Source: Elainellaceae cyanobacterium (GTDB lineage Bacteria; Cyanobacteriota; Cyanobacteriia; CAZCXK01). Taken from it: 64,000 nucleotides of DNA. This document shows positions 1-10,153 of the stretch, one piece after another. The stretch lies in the NCBI GenBank assembly GCA_051117555.1, contig JBNPEG010000021.1, positions 73,109 to 137,108 of the forward strand, given 5' to 3'. Every line of letters begins with the position of its first letter. Position 1 is the stretch's first letter. The position numbers and the translations under genes are program-made. The notes under the pieces were generated by a model that saw nothing but the letters and a program-made list of their open reading frames with translations, had not been told where the DNA came from and searched no databases.

Positions 1-1927
1 TTGCTTCGAACCAGGTCAGAGGAACTTCACGTCCGCTATTTACCCAGCGCCCATATCGAGTGTCGCCTCCGATAATTCCCGCGACGCGATCTGCTTCGTC
101 AAATCCATCTTCAGTGCGCCAAAACACTCGACCAATTTCGAAACCGTTTAGGGCGCCGCATCCTTTCTCTAAGTTGTATTGAAATGCATCAATCAAACCG
201 GGCAGCAGTTCGGTACGCAACGCAGAATATTCAGCAAAGAGGGGATTGGCAAGCTCGATCTGATTAGTGAACCCGGGTCGAACGAGAGAATAATGAATGA
301 GTTCTGTTAACCCGACTGCCTGGAATGCTGTTCGAATTTCTCGGGTTAGAGCGTAATCGACTGAAAGATATCCAAGCTCTGATTTGTCGGGCAAGGTATC
401 GCAGAATTTGTTGTATCCATAGAGACGAGCGACCTCTTCAATGAGGTCAATTTCGCGTTCCAAATCTCGATACCGATAGGGCGGAACGCGCACCGTCCAC
501 ACGTTTGCCTGACTCGCGGGCGTGAGCTGGCATCCTAACGCCGTGAGCACGTGCTCCACATCTCCTGCAGTGAGTTCACCGGGCTCTATATCCGATGTGG
601 ATGAAGGCCCTACTCCATTTACTGACTGCATAACGGCAATCGGCCCTAACACATGGTTAATACGCTCTAAGCGAAGTTCGATCGTTCGAGAAAATGAAGC
701 AAAATCGGGACGATGATCAGCGATCGCCTGTGTTAGTAGTGTTCCACCACTCAAACTGCACATCAGCAAGAGCGCACGGCGACATGCCAAGTCTAGTTCC
801 GCTTGATTGACCCCGCGCTCATATCGAGTCGATGCCTCACTCCGCAACCCTTGACTTCGAGCAGACCGTCGAGTCGCTACCGGGTCAAAAATTGCAGCTT
901 CTAAGACTAAACGAGTCGTTCCGTCATAGACTTCGGTGTCCTCCCCACCCATAACACCCGCTAGGGCAACGGGGGCATCATTAGCCGTAATTAACAAGGT
1001 TTGTTCAGACAGTTTACGCACCTGCCCATCCAGAGTTTTCAAGGATTCGCTTGGATGGGCAAAGCGCACTCCGATTGTCAACGAATCTTGACCTGCAACC
1101 TGGGAAAGGCGATCGGCATCAAATGCGTGTAGTGGTTGCCCCCATTCGAGCAAGACATAGTTGGTAACATCGACCACATTATTGATTGGGCGAATGCCCG
1201 AAGCTTGTAATCGCTGCTGAAGCCATCGCGGAGACGGGGCGATCGTAACATTCTCAATTTGGGTGCCGATGTAAGCGGGACAAGCGTGTGGCTCGGCTAC
1301 ACTCACAGTTAACCCACTTCCTTGAGTCTGAATAGACATTGGCGGCACATCAGGGAGATGAAGCTGAGCCCCCGTAATTGCTGAAATTTCGCGAGCAATT
1401 CCCACCATGCTAAGTGCATCGGCTCGATTGGCTGTTGACGTAAGGTCTAACACGACGTCATCCAACCCTAAGAAGGGGCGAGCATCCTCTCCCGGCTTCA
1501 GGTTTGTCTCAGAAAATATGTGAATCCCCTGTGACTCCTTGGCCAAACCCAATTCAGCTAACGAACAGATCATGCCCTCGGACGGAACATCGCGTAATTT
1601 TCTAGGTCGAATCTTTAAGTCGACAATGGGCAAATACGTACCAACGGTCGCAACAGGTACAAACGTATCCGTCTTGACATTAGACGCTCCACAAACAATG
1701 GTTGAAGGAGCATCGCGACCAATATCGACCGTACATACGCGTAGCTTGTCCGCATTGGGGTGGGCTTTACAGTCTAAGACGTTGCCAATAACAACCCCAT
1801 TTGCCCAGGCGCGCCGGTCTTCAATATCTTCGACTTCAAACCCTGCCATCGTTAGCGTTTCCGCCAACTTGTCCGGGGTCATCGTTAGATCTACCAGTTC
1901 AGATAGCCAGTTTAGTGAGATGCGCAT
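1..1927 (-). CDS. pheT: Phenylalanyl-tRNA synthetase beta subunit (5' part; runs off the left edge of the window)
   Basis: Not in the ORF track because it is truncated. The minus strand from the ATG at 1927 reads [48 protein letters not shown]...[15 protein letters not shown], the typical PheT N-terminus. Confidence 0.95.
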   Translation of the reverse strand, partial: MRISLNWLSELVDLTMTPDKLAETLTMAGFEVEDIEDRRAWANGVVIGNVLDCKAHPNADKLRVCTVDIGRDAPSTIVCGASNVKTDTFVPVATVGTYLPIVDLKIRPRKLRDVPSEGMICSLAELGLAKESQGIHIFSETNLKPGEDARPFLGLDDVVLDLTSTANRADALSMVGIAREISAITGAQLHLPDVPPMSIQTQGSGLTVSVAEPHACPAYIGTQIENVTIAPSPRWLQQRLQASGIRPINNVVDVTNYVLLEWGQPLHAFDADRLSQVAGQDSLTIGVRFAHPSESLKTLDGQVRKLSEQTLLITANDAPVALAGVMGGEDTEVYDGTTRLVLEAAIFDPVATRRSARSQGLRSEASTRYERGVNQAELDLACRRALLLMCSLSGGTLLTQAIADHRPDFASFSRTIELRLERINHVLGPIAVMQSVNGVGPSSTSDIEPGELTAGDVEHVLTALGCQLTPASQANVWTVRVPPYRYRDLEREIDLIEEVARLYGYNKFCDTLPDKSELGYLSVDYALTREIRTAFQAVGLTELIHYSLVRPGFTNQIELANPLFAEYSALRTELLPGLIDAFQYNLEKGCGALNGFEIGRVFWRTEDGFDEADRVAGIIGGDTRYGRWVNSGREVPLTWFEA

Positions 1928-2280
1928 TGCCTCGCGTGCTCTTAAGCCAGTTAAGTTATGCTACGCCCCCTATTCTACTGCCCAGACGCGAAATTCCTCC
2001 TAGTTTCTGGATAACGCATTGGGGATGACGTAAAGGTAATTAATCCTGCTCTCTAAAAAAGGTGAACACAATGGGCTTTTACTAAGATTTCAATCAAAAT
2101 GGGAATAACTTCAGCAATTCTTTAAGAGATTTCCCGCAAGAATGGGGCTGCATTCTGCCTTTCCTGCCAAGATAATGGAATCATCGTGTCAAACTTTGGG
2201 CAAGCATCCAGATTTGTGGGTCTGTTGATACAGGTTGCGAGGGTTGACACTTTGGTGCGCGATAAAGCGAGTAATGTGGA

Positions 2281-3891
2281 ATGAGCTACTGTTTGAACTC
2301 AGCCTGCCCTCATCCTGAAAATTTGGCTCACACAGAATTTTGCCAAGCCTGTGGCTCTACGCTACTGCTACGCGATCGCTATCGAGTTATTCGAGCGCTA
2401 GGGCATGGAGGGTTTGGAGCAACATTTCTGGCAATTGATGAATCGTTGCCGGGTCATCCTAATTGCGTCATCAAACAGTTAAGACCTGCTGCGTCGTCGC
2501 CCCACGTCCTAAAAATGGCGAGAGACCTGTTTGATCGAGAAGCCAAGACGCTCGGAAAAATTGGCGATCATCCCCAAGTTCCTAGACTGCTCGATTATTT
2601 TGATGCCAATCAGGAATTTTATCTAGTTCAAGAATTTATCAGTGGTTCGACGCTCCAGCAAGAGGTCAAGCGATCGGGGCCATTTAGTGAAGCAGGGGTC
2701 AAGCAGTTTCTCAGCGAAGTCTTGCCGATGCTGCAATATATTCATAGCCAGCAAGTCATTCACCGAGACATTAAACCTGCAAATTTGATTCGTCGCTACC
2801 AAGATAAGAAACTAGTCCTCATTGATTTTGGAGCCGTTAAAGATCGCATCACGCCGACTCGCGCAGGCGCATCTGAGCAAACGGCACTGACCGCGTATGC
2901 AATTGGCACCCCAGGCTATGCCCCTCCCGAACAGATGGCAATGCGCCCAACCTATGCCAGCGATGTGTATGCATTAGGTGTCACATGCATTTATCTACTC
3001 ACAGGCAAAGCGCCTAAAGACATGGACTACGACACGGCAACAGGCGAGGTGCTGTGGCAAGATTATGTGCACGTTAGTGACCATTTTGCGGACGTTCTGA
3101 CGAAAATGTTGGAAGTGTCGGTCCGGCATCGCTATCAATCAGCAGCAGACGTTCTCAGAGCCCTTGACCTGGTTCCCTATATGGACAGTCTGGCGGAAAG
3201 TATGGTATCACGCCCCAATCCGCCCTCGTCCAAAACGTCTGACTATAGCTCCGATAATCTTGCGAGCCCGCTTCCACCCTCAACTCCGACTGCTAGACTT
3301 GCTGCACAGATCCGCGCTCGAAAAATAAGAAACTCATCAGGTTCAACCAGCTTCCAGGTAGACTCGTCTCGAAAAGGGCCTCGATCTCATCCTTCTACAG
3401 GGTCGGGGAATTCGTCGGGGCGAGCTAATAAGTTAACTTCAACCGTGAACAAGTTCGACGAACGGCAAATCTTAGATGCATATGCTAAAGGACATCGTAA
3501 TTTTGCGCATCGTGACCTGAGCTTACTTAATTTGCAAGAGGCTCAATTATCGGGGGCAAATTTCCATCAGGCAAATTTGCATCAAGCAAAACTCAGCGGC
3601 GCAAATTTTCAAAAGGCCGATCTGGGTGAAGCTGATTTGGCGCAGGCTAATTTGAATCAGGCAAGCCTGAAAGATGCCAATTTAGTGGGTGCGTTTTTGA
3701 TGAATGCTGACCTGGGTCGAGCCGATCTGCGCGGTGCCAACTTGAGCTATGCCCACCTCAGCAATACCAACCTCCGAGGAGCGAATTTGTGTGGAGCAGA
3801 CCTAACAGGTGCTAAGGTATCGGATGCTCAGCTTGCGATGGCTCGAACCAACTGGAAGACGATTCATCCACGCGGCAAGCGCTTGTGGTAA
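2281..3891 (+). CDS. spkB: Ser/Thr protein kinase with N-terminal Cys4 motif and C-terminal pentapeptide repeats (SpkB-like)
   Basis: YCLNSAC...FCQACG motif; intact GHGGFG, VIK, HRDIKPAN, DFG and GTPGY motifs; C-terminal A(N/D)LxxA pentapeptide repeats. Confidence 0.85.
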   Translation: MSYCLNSACPHPENLAHTEFCQACGSTLLLRDRYRVIRALGHGGFGATFLAIDESLPGHPNCVIKQLRPAASSPHVLKMARDLFDREAKTLGKIGDHPQVPRLLDYFDANQEFYLVQEFISGSTLQQEVKRSGPFSEAGVKQFLSEVLPMLQYIHSQQVIHRDIKPANLIRRYQDKKLVLIDFGAVKDRITPTRAGASEQTALTAYAIGTPGYAPPEQMAMRPTYASDVYALGVTCIYLLTGKAPKDMDYDTATGEVLWQDYVHVSDHFADVLTKMLEVSVRHRYQSAADVLRALDLVPYMDSLAESMVSRPNPPSSKTSDYSSDNLASPLPPSTPTARLAAQIRARKIRNSSGSTSFQVDSSRKGPRSHPSTGSGNSSGRANKLTSTVNKFDERQILDAYAKGHRNFAHRDLSLLNLQEAQLSGANFHQANLHQAKLSGANFQKADLGEADLAQANLNQASLKDANLVGAFLMNADLGRADLRGANLSYAHLSNTNLRGANLCGADLTGAKVSDAQLAMARTNWKTIHPRGKRLW

Positions 3892-3917
3892 GGTGCTGAT
3901 GAATTTATGAACAAGAC

Positions 3918-4223
3918 ATGGCTACTCCTAACGATATGTCGTCAGACCGCTCAAATCAAAACCGCTTAAATCGCTCTAACTTGAGTAATGAAGAAATTGC
4001 TCGATTAAAAGCGGAGTTGAAGACCCCCTACCGAGGTCTAAGACAATTTGTTTATGTAGTGTGTGGAGCATCTGGATTAATTGGGGCATTTGTTTTTTTG
4101 TCTCAACTCATTGCGGGGCGAAATGTGGAGAATGCTTTTCCAAATTTTGCTCTACAAGTTGGTGTCGTCGCCTTAATGGTGTGGCTTTTTCGTTTAGAAC
4201 TTCGAGCCAGTCGCAAGCGTTGA
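3918..4223 (+). CDS. Small two-TM membrane protein, DUF3493-like
   Basis: RLKAELKTPYRGLRQFVY motif followed by two hydrophobic segments. Confidence 0.75.
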   Translation: MATPNDMSSDRSNQNRLNRSNLSNEEIARLKAELKTPYRGLRQFVYVVCGASGLIGAFVFLSQLIAGRNVENAFPNFALQVGVVALMVWLFRLELRASRKR

Positions 4224-4241
4224 CTCGATGGTTAGATGACT

Positions 4242-4274
4242 AATTGATTTCCAATTGATTTCCAATTGATTTCC
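4242..4274. repeat. Tandem repeat, 3 x AATTGATTTCC
   Basis: Three exact 11-mers at 4242, 4253 and 4264. Confidence 0.9.
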
Positions 4275-4470
4275 AGGCGATCGCCATAGGGCGTCTGGCA
4301 AGGAGTCGCTTAATGTTTCTACACAGAAGTTTGCAAGCATTAGGATGCTGAAATATAAAGAAAACATTATGAAATTTAGAGGATTCGGGGAACATTTGAG
4401 ATATTAATAGAGAGTTCAAATGGGGTCAGCCTATATAAAGACCCTAACTATAAACCCTTAAATACGTCAT

Positions 4471-4508
4471 AAAGCGCTGTCGAAATAAATGAGTTTCGAC
4501 AGCGCTTT
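4471..4508. terminator. Perfect 15-bp hairpin, probable (bidirectional) terminator
   Basis: AAAGCGCTGTCGAAA-N8-TTTCGACAGCGCTTT, 5 nt beyond the stop of the convergent SLH gene. Confidence 0.75.
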
Positions 4509-4513
4509 GTAGA

Positions 4514-6106
4514 TCATGGATAAGTTACTGCATAAGGTGACGAAATCGCTTCGGCCTCACCCGTGCTGACTAACGCCTGATAGACAAATGCGGCCACATC
4601 TGCACGAGTCGCCACTTCATTGGGCGATAGCTGATTGATATCAGGATAATTGACAACGATGCTACGTTCAGTCGCCGCTGCAACTGACGCCTTTGCCCAA
4701 TCTGGGATGAGGCCAGAGTCAGAATATTTATTGAGTGCATTTGCATTACCCTCATCGAACCCCAATCCACTGGCTAACGATACTAAGACCTGTACCCGTG
4801 GAATTTGCTCGTCAGGACGAAACATTTGCCCTGGATACCCGCTCATAAACTCACTGCGATACGCTTCACGAATAGCTCTATACGCCCAAAAGCTTTGACT
4901 CACATCCACAAAGTTGATCAACGGGCGTTTCGGTTCGGCTTCAAACGCCTTAGTTACAATTGCAGCAAACTGGGCGCGAGTCACAGGGTCATTGGGGCGA
5001 AAGGTTCCGTCAGGGAAGCCCCCGATAATGCCTCTGGACGCCAAGGCTTCGATATACTCTTGCGCCCAATGTCCTTGAACATCGGGAAATCCGACAACCC
5101 GCGCAACAAATTCAACCTCTCCAGCAATTTGCTCTGAATCGACCTGATTTCCGACTGCAAGCAACACGTTATTACGAGTGGAGTTATTGATGGCATACCG
5201 CCCATTATTTACGATGATATTTTCGCCAGGGTCGTCCGCAGTTCCTAAGTTGGGCATTGCCTCGGCGATCGCCACCACTCCATCTCGACTATTGTTGCGA
5301 ATCACATTCCGACGAAGGATAGGACGGGCTCGGTTGGATGCCACCACACCATCCACATTCTCAACGATCTGATTACCCTCAATTAACGGAGTAGAAGTAT
5401 CTCCTACAGCAATAGCAAATCCAGTATTCTGAAATTCATTATTCCGAATTTTGCCGCTTGACTGGCGTACGACTGAGATACCATTGGCGTCATTTTGGAT
5501 AAACACATTGCTCTCGATTGTGGGATTCCCCGTTCCCGTCACAAACACGCCTTCTCGCAAACTATTCGAAAACGTGTTGTTGCGAATCGTTGGGTTTGTT
5601 GACTCAACCCAGACGCCAGTGCCGCGACTGTTTGGGTTTGTAACCGTGACGCCTCGAAGCTGGCTGTCATCTAGCATAACAATCGTGACATTTTGTCCTG
5701 CAAAGCTCGGGCTCACTAAACTGCCGCTGCCGATGATAACGGATGTTCCACCATTATTGGGTTCATCTCCCCGAACAATAACTCCAGGGGGAATCGTCAG
5801 CGGAAATACCTCGCCCGTGTCTCTCGTATAGCTACCCGGAGCAAGCTGAATGACAGTGTTGTCGGTGGCCTGCTCAAGCGCATACGCAATCGTTCGATAG
5901 GGAAAATTCTCACGCCCGCTCGTTGGCGTATCAGCACCCAAAATTGGATTAACGTAAACAACTCGTGAATTAGCGGGAAGTTGCTGAGCTGTTCTCACCG
6001 GAGACGCAGAACCAGCAAGTGCTGTCAGTGATGCAAGTGATGCAACCGTTCCACCGGCACAAATTAGCAGTGTAGTTAAACTGATGTTGAGAGAGCGCTT
6101 AATCAT
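4514..6106 (-). CDS. Secreted DUF1565/right-handed beta-helix protein with three C-terminal SLH domains
   Basis: Signal-like N-terminus (MIKRSLN...); YVNP...PYRTI and GEVFPL motifs; beta-helix repeats; SLH repeats FPDVQGHWA/GFPDGTFRPN. Start placed at ATG 6106 (track start 6193). Confidence 0.85.
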   Translation of the reverse strand: MIKRSLNISLTTLLICAGGTVASLASLTALAGSASPVRTAQQLPANSRVVYVNPILGADTPTSGRENFPYRTIAYALEQATDNTVIQLAPGSYTRDTGEVFPLTIPPGVIVRGDEPNNGGTSVIIGSGSLVSPSFAGQNVTIVMLDDSQLRGVTVTNPNSRGTGVWVESTNPTIRNNTFSNSLREGVFVTGTGNPTIESNVFIQNDANGISVVRQSSGKIRNNEFQNTGFAIAVGDTSTPLIEGNQIVENVDGVVASNRARPILRRNVIRNNSRDGVVAIAEAMPNLGTADDPGENIIVNNGRYAINNSTRNNVLLAVGNQVDSEQIAGEVEFVARVVGFPDVQGHWAQEYIEALASRGIIGGFPDGTFRPNDPVTRAQFAAIVTKAFEAEPKRPLINFVDVSQSFWAYRAIREAYRSEFMSGYPGQMFRPDEQIPRVQVLVSLASGLGFDEGNANALNKYSDSGLIPDWAKASVAAATERSIVVNYPDINQLSPNEVATRADVAAFVYQALVSTGEAEAISSPYAVTYP

Positions 6107-6438
6107 GGGAAGAGATGTCTTCGGATATATGGAGCGATTCGTTAAGGCGCAATTATGATTTGCTGGGTTTGCCCGAGACTTTTGGCATGTCATGGGTAAT
6201 GTACCTGAAATTTTAAAGGATAGTTAAAGCTGCCTATTAGCCCTATTTACGTCTAGACCCGATCGATTGACAACTCTTTAGTGTATAGCCTTACGGGCTC
6301 AGGTTTGTGTGGTGAGCCCCCGCAGCGCGGGGTACGCGTTTAGCACATGTGTTAGGGTCCCCCGCTATCGCTGCCCGGAAAAGGGGGTATTTACGGGTTA
6401 TTAAAGTCCCCCTTTTTCTTTTTAGGGATTTAGACCTG

Positions 6439-6564
6439 TGTAGTGTCGTGACACAGCTAAAATAGTGCAAACCCTTAAAGGGCTGAAACTCTTGAAACCG
6501 GTGCGTTACGCTGCGCTAACGGCACCCTGCCAATGCATTATTTTAGCTGTGCCACGCCACTACA
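6439..6564. mobile_element. MITE-like element with ~31-bp terminal inverted repeats and an internal REP/SDR-like hairpin
   Basis: TGTAGTGTCGTGACACAGCTAAAATAGTGCA (6439-6469) matches the reverse complement of 6534-6564 with 3 mismatches. Internal GGTGCGTTACGCTGCGCTAACGGCACC hairpin. Confidence 0.75.
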
Positions 6565-6969
6565 TTTGATTCCGTTCACCTAGCTTATGCTGAACTCTTA
6601 GGGCTTGTTAAAAATAACTTCATGGTGGTGCGTTGCGCTGACGCTTTAGCGTAGCCATGCCTGAAAGGCTATACAGCACCCTACGGCTCAATCAAATCGT
6701 GACGTTGTTTCTTTACGGCCTCTTAGGTTGTTTGAATTGAATCGATTAAGGCTAAATCATCGATGATCCGCGCTTACATCGCGCTATGGTGTATGAGAGG
6801 GCGATCGCCAGACGTCTGTCACGATTCTAGACAATCCTCCAATCTCACCATACAGGACGCAACCCATCTAACCCCGATTTCGTCCTCAGTCTTATCCAAT
6901 GACTCAACTCTGAGATTTCCGTTTACCGTTGAGCATCCACACAACACTGTGACACGCGAGCATGTAGTT

Positions 6970-7521
6970 ATGAAATTCTTCATTCGATCATTATCGGCAG
7001 TGGGGCTTGCCATCGGCTTATGCGCGGGCAGTCTGCTGTTCAATTCCCCTGCTGGGGCAGCCGAGCGAGTCGTTTTGAAGTATAAGATCTTTAATCGCTC
7101 TATCCCTGTACAGGATCTGAGTGACTTGGCAGAAACAGGTGAGGTTTCGCCAACGCTCAGGGCATACTTTAGGTTAACGAATCGAGATCCTGACGATCTT
7201 CGTTCAGCTCTCAACCGCGAAGTTCCCGTCAATTTGATTGCGCTCGATCGTATTCTCAATAGCCCGATCGGCAACATTGCCATTGATGAAGTGAGCAAGA
7301 CGATACATACGTCGTCTGGGGAGGGCGATCGCCAAGCAATGCGGTCAGCCCTCATTTTGTCAGCAACGGGAGACAACCGCATCAGTCTGATTGAGGTCAT
7401 CGAAAACTATCCAACCGAATCTGTTCACGTAGAGGGCGATCGCCTAGTCGCAGCGTATGAGGAAATCGCAGCCCTCCAGCGTCGAATTGATCAATTAATG
7501 GATAGCATCGGATTATTTTAA
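6970..7521 (+). CDS. Secreted DUF1400-type protein
   Basis: Signal peptide ending AGA-AERVVLKY; conserved QAMRSALILSA...ISLIEVIENYPT. ATG 6970 preferred over 6763. Confidence 0.8.
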   Translation: MKFFIRSLSAVGLAIGLCAGSLLFNSPAGAAERVVLKYKIFNRSIPVQDLSDLAETGEVSPTLRAYFRLTNRDPDDLRSALNREVPVNLIALDRILNSPIGNIAIDEVSKTIHTSSGEGDRQAMRSALILSATGDNRISLIEVIENYPTESVHVEGDRLVAAYEEIAALQRRIDQLMDSIGLF

Positions 7522-7569
7522 CGATCTGGCAATTTGATACTGAATCCTGTCTGGTATCGATATTGGCTG

Positions 7570-7773
7570 CTAATATGCCAAGGTATCTAGCGTTTCTCGC
7601 AAATAGCTCAACACGAGCTCATCATGACTCAACTCAGGGCTTTGGGCACGATCTACTTTTTCCATACGCCAGCTCTGAAAGCCTGAGCTAGCAGAAATCG
7701 CCCGTTTGAGACTATCCCATGTCATCTGGTCATCTGAAAATCGACTGTGGGATAAAGATGGAGAACTCGCCAT
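7570..7773 (-). CDS. Small conserved cyanobacterial hypothetical protein
   Basis: WDSLKRAISASSGFQSW...YLRETLDTLAY resembles a recurrent cyanobacterial small-protein family (recalled, not searched). Confidence 0.7.
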   Translation of the reverse strand: MASSPSLSHSRFSDDQMTWDSLKRAISASSGFQSWRMEKVDRAQSPELSHDELVLSYLRETLDTLAY

Positions 7774-8012
7774 AGCAAAACCTCTAAAAAGTGCCAGAAA
7801 AGTGCCAGATCAAAGCTGCTTACTTGAGATGACGACATAACTTCATCTGCATCAAGAGCCGCAACCTTTATTCAGGAAATTTTCCTGGTCCTAATCTGTG
7901 CATTATCCATACGACGATAACTTATCTCTCCGGTGACCTGTTGTGCTGAGATACACCATCATGCTCATTTCCCGAGAATTCCCCAAAGCAATTCAAAATC
8001 AATGACCGCTGC

Positions 8013-8960
8013 TCAACTTGACGGAGGCTCTGACTCGTCAGGATTGATCGATTGAGTAACATTTGGATTGTGCGGATCTTCTCCGTCCTGTGTCTCTACC
8101 TCAGAGCCAGTATCCGTTTCAGAGGCATTTGCATTTGGCACCGTATCCGTTGTCCCGTCTGTTTGAGGGACTGGCTCTTCTAATTCATTCCCGTTAGATG
8201 AGGCGTCCGTTGCGGAGCCAGCATCGGGGGTAGATTCAGGTGGGACGGCTTCTGGCGAAGACTGTTTGGGCTGATCGGCGTCGTCCGCTGCTGATGTGTC
8301 AGTCGTTGTGTCTTGTCCTGATGCGGATGCGGCGGCTCCCTCGGTTGCAAGTTGAGGTGTTTCTACGACCATGTCTGGAAGAATTCTCTCGACCCGCAAC
8401 CCGATCACGCTAAAGTCCTTGGAAATGTGTTCAACGGCGTAGGGATTAGTGTCATTGACCTGAGACTCAGGCGCTAGTAAGACTCTTAGTACACTGGCTG
8501 GAACTTGTAGAAACACGTTGCTGAGCAAAAATGCGATCGCCCCAAGCAGCAAGCCACCCAGTCGCCACTGCGGCAGAAATGCGATGGAGGAAGCATCCAA
8601 CGGAGGGGCGTTAAATAGTTTCCAAAGGGCGATCGCCAACACTCCTGAGACAACGATCGTCAGCACTTTCACCGGCGTCGTCCTAAACAGGTGCAGAATT
8701 TTCCGCTGCTCATCTGTTAGGCGATCGGGTTTAATCGCAACGACTAGCAAGCTAAAAATATAGAAAGGACGCTGCCACTGCATCCAAAATACCGGCGCAA
8801 TACCCACAACAGCGACAAATAAAAACTCCAGACCGACGGGCAGCACCGGATCGCCAGCAGCGAGTCCTAAAAAACAGAGTTCTAGAAAAATTGGGACGGC
8901 TGCGGCTCCAGCCAAGTGAATCCAGAGATAGGGATCTAACCGAAACGAGCGCATATTCAT
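8013..8960 (-). CDS. Low-complexity-tail membrane protein
   Basis: MRSFRLDPYLWIHLAG N-terminus, four TM segments, long acidic Ser/Thr/Pro-rich tail. Confidence 0.8.
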   Translation of the reverse strand: MNMRSFRLDPYLWIHLAGAAAVPIFLELCFLGLAAGDPVLPVGLEFLFVAVVGIAPVFWMQWQRPFYIFSLLVVAIKPDRLTDEQRKILHLFRTTPVKVLTIVVSGVLAIALWKLFNAPPLDASSIAFLPQWRLGGLLLGAIAFLLSNVFLQVPASVLRVLLAPESQVNDTNPYAVEHISKDFSVIGLRVERILPDMVVETPQLATEGAAASASGQDTTTDTSAADDADQPKQSSPEAVPPESTPDAGSATDASSNGNELEEPVPQTDGTTDTVPNANASETDTGSEVETQDGEDPHNPNVTQSINPDESEPPSS

Positions 8961-9020
8961 GGGTCCAAGGCTTCACTGTCATACTAATCCACCAGTGGAC
9001 TCATATACTATGCTGGAATG

Positions 9021-9932
9021 TTAAGTAAACGATGATGAACAGTCTAATGCCTCAACCCATGCTTGAATTCGAGCGTTGACCTCGTCGGGCACCTCATCAT
9101 GAGGGCAGTGCCCTGCTTGGAGATAATACTCGGTGAGTTGAGGATAATGCCGACGAAACATTGCGCCTCGTTCGCGGGCATTCATCCACGGGTCGCCCTC
9201 TCCCCAAAGCATCAGTAGAGGGCAAGATACGCGTTGCAGCAATGCATCGACAGGTTCGCCTCGGGGCGACTTAAACACAGATGCAAACACCCTGGCAGCT
9301 CCTGGGTCACAAGACGGACGATAAATCTCTTCTACAAGCTGATTGGTCACCGCGGCCTTATTAAGGTAAACCTTCTCAAGAGTTTTACGAATAATGGAAC
9401 GCCGCCGCACATATTGAAACAGCATAAAACTGGGCAAGGGCTGAAGCAAAATAGACCGAATCAGGCTCTGCCAAATTTTTCTGGGCGATCGCCCAGAATC
9501 GGATGACTCGGCAGGCAGGCTGTCGCTGAAAGGACCTGCACTATTCAATAAAATCAATCCTGCGACCGAATCTGGATGGTGAGCCGCTACACACAGCGAG
9601 GCATATCCTCCTAATGAGTTGCCTACCAACACGGTGGGGCGCTTTATATGAGTTTGGATAAAATCGTGAAGCTGATCGCGCCACACATCGCCGCTATAAA
9701 CCCAGTCAGGCTTTGCTGATCGACCAAACCCCAGCAAATCAATTGCCCAGACGTCAAACGCGGGCGTTAGCCCTGAAATATTTTTATGCCAATGATCCGT
9801 CGAGGCTCCGAACCCGTGGACTAATAGCAGCGGGGGGTGCTGAGATGGGCGATCGCCCGCCTGCACATAATGAATAGGCTGCCCTCGCCACTGCCAATAT
9901 GAGTGCTTCGGAGATGCGATGGATGTTTGCAT
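9021..9932 (-). CDS. Alpha/beta fold hydrolase
   Basis: HGFGAS oxyanion loop, GNSLGG nucleophile elbow, GHCPHDE catalytic His. ATG 9932 preferred as start. Confidence 0.9.
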   Translation of the reverse strand: MQTSIASPKHSYWQWRGQPIHYVQAGDRPSQHPPLLLVHGFGASTDHWHKNISGLTPAFDVWAIDLLGFGRSAKPDWVYSGDVWRDQLHDFIQTHIKRPTVLVGNSLGGYASLCVAAHHPDSVAGLILLNSAGPFSDSLPAESSDSGRSPRKIWQSLIRSILLQPLPSFMLFQYVRRRSIIRKTLEKVYLNKAAVTNQLVEEIYRPSCDPGAARVFASVFKSPRGEPVDALLQRVSCPLLMLWGEGDPWMNARERGAMFRRHYPQLTEYYLQAGHCPHDEVPDEVNARIQAWVEALDCSSSFT

Positions 9933-10153
9933 ACTTGAGGCGAAACTGTAACGTAATATTAATAATTTTACCGCAATCCCTTGGTACACCTTAAATAATT
10001 TATGTCTTGAGAATTTTCAAGATAATGGGGCAGATCATCACCGATGCAGTCTTGCTCCTCCAGATGGATGCTAAGCAGCGTTCTACATTTTTAGACTAAG
10101 GCAGTCTATCCTGACCCGTTCACTTAGCCTCACGGGGGATTTTCAAATTACCC

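Noticed and set aside
522..2028. Plus-strand ORFs 522-716, 1539-2003 and 1801-2028
   Set aside because: They are antisense shadows of pheT, which occupies the minus strand.
6819..7400. 193-aa minus-strand ORF
   Set aside because: It lies fully antisense to the DUF1400 gene and has no recognisable motifs.
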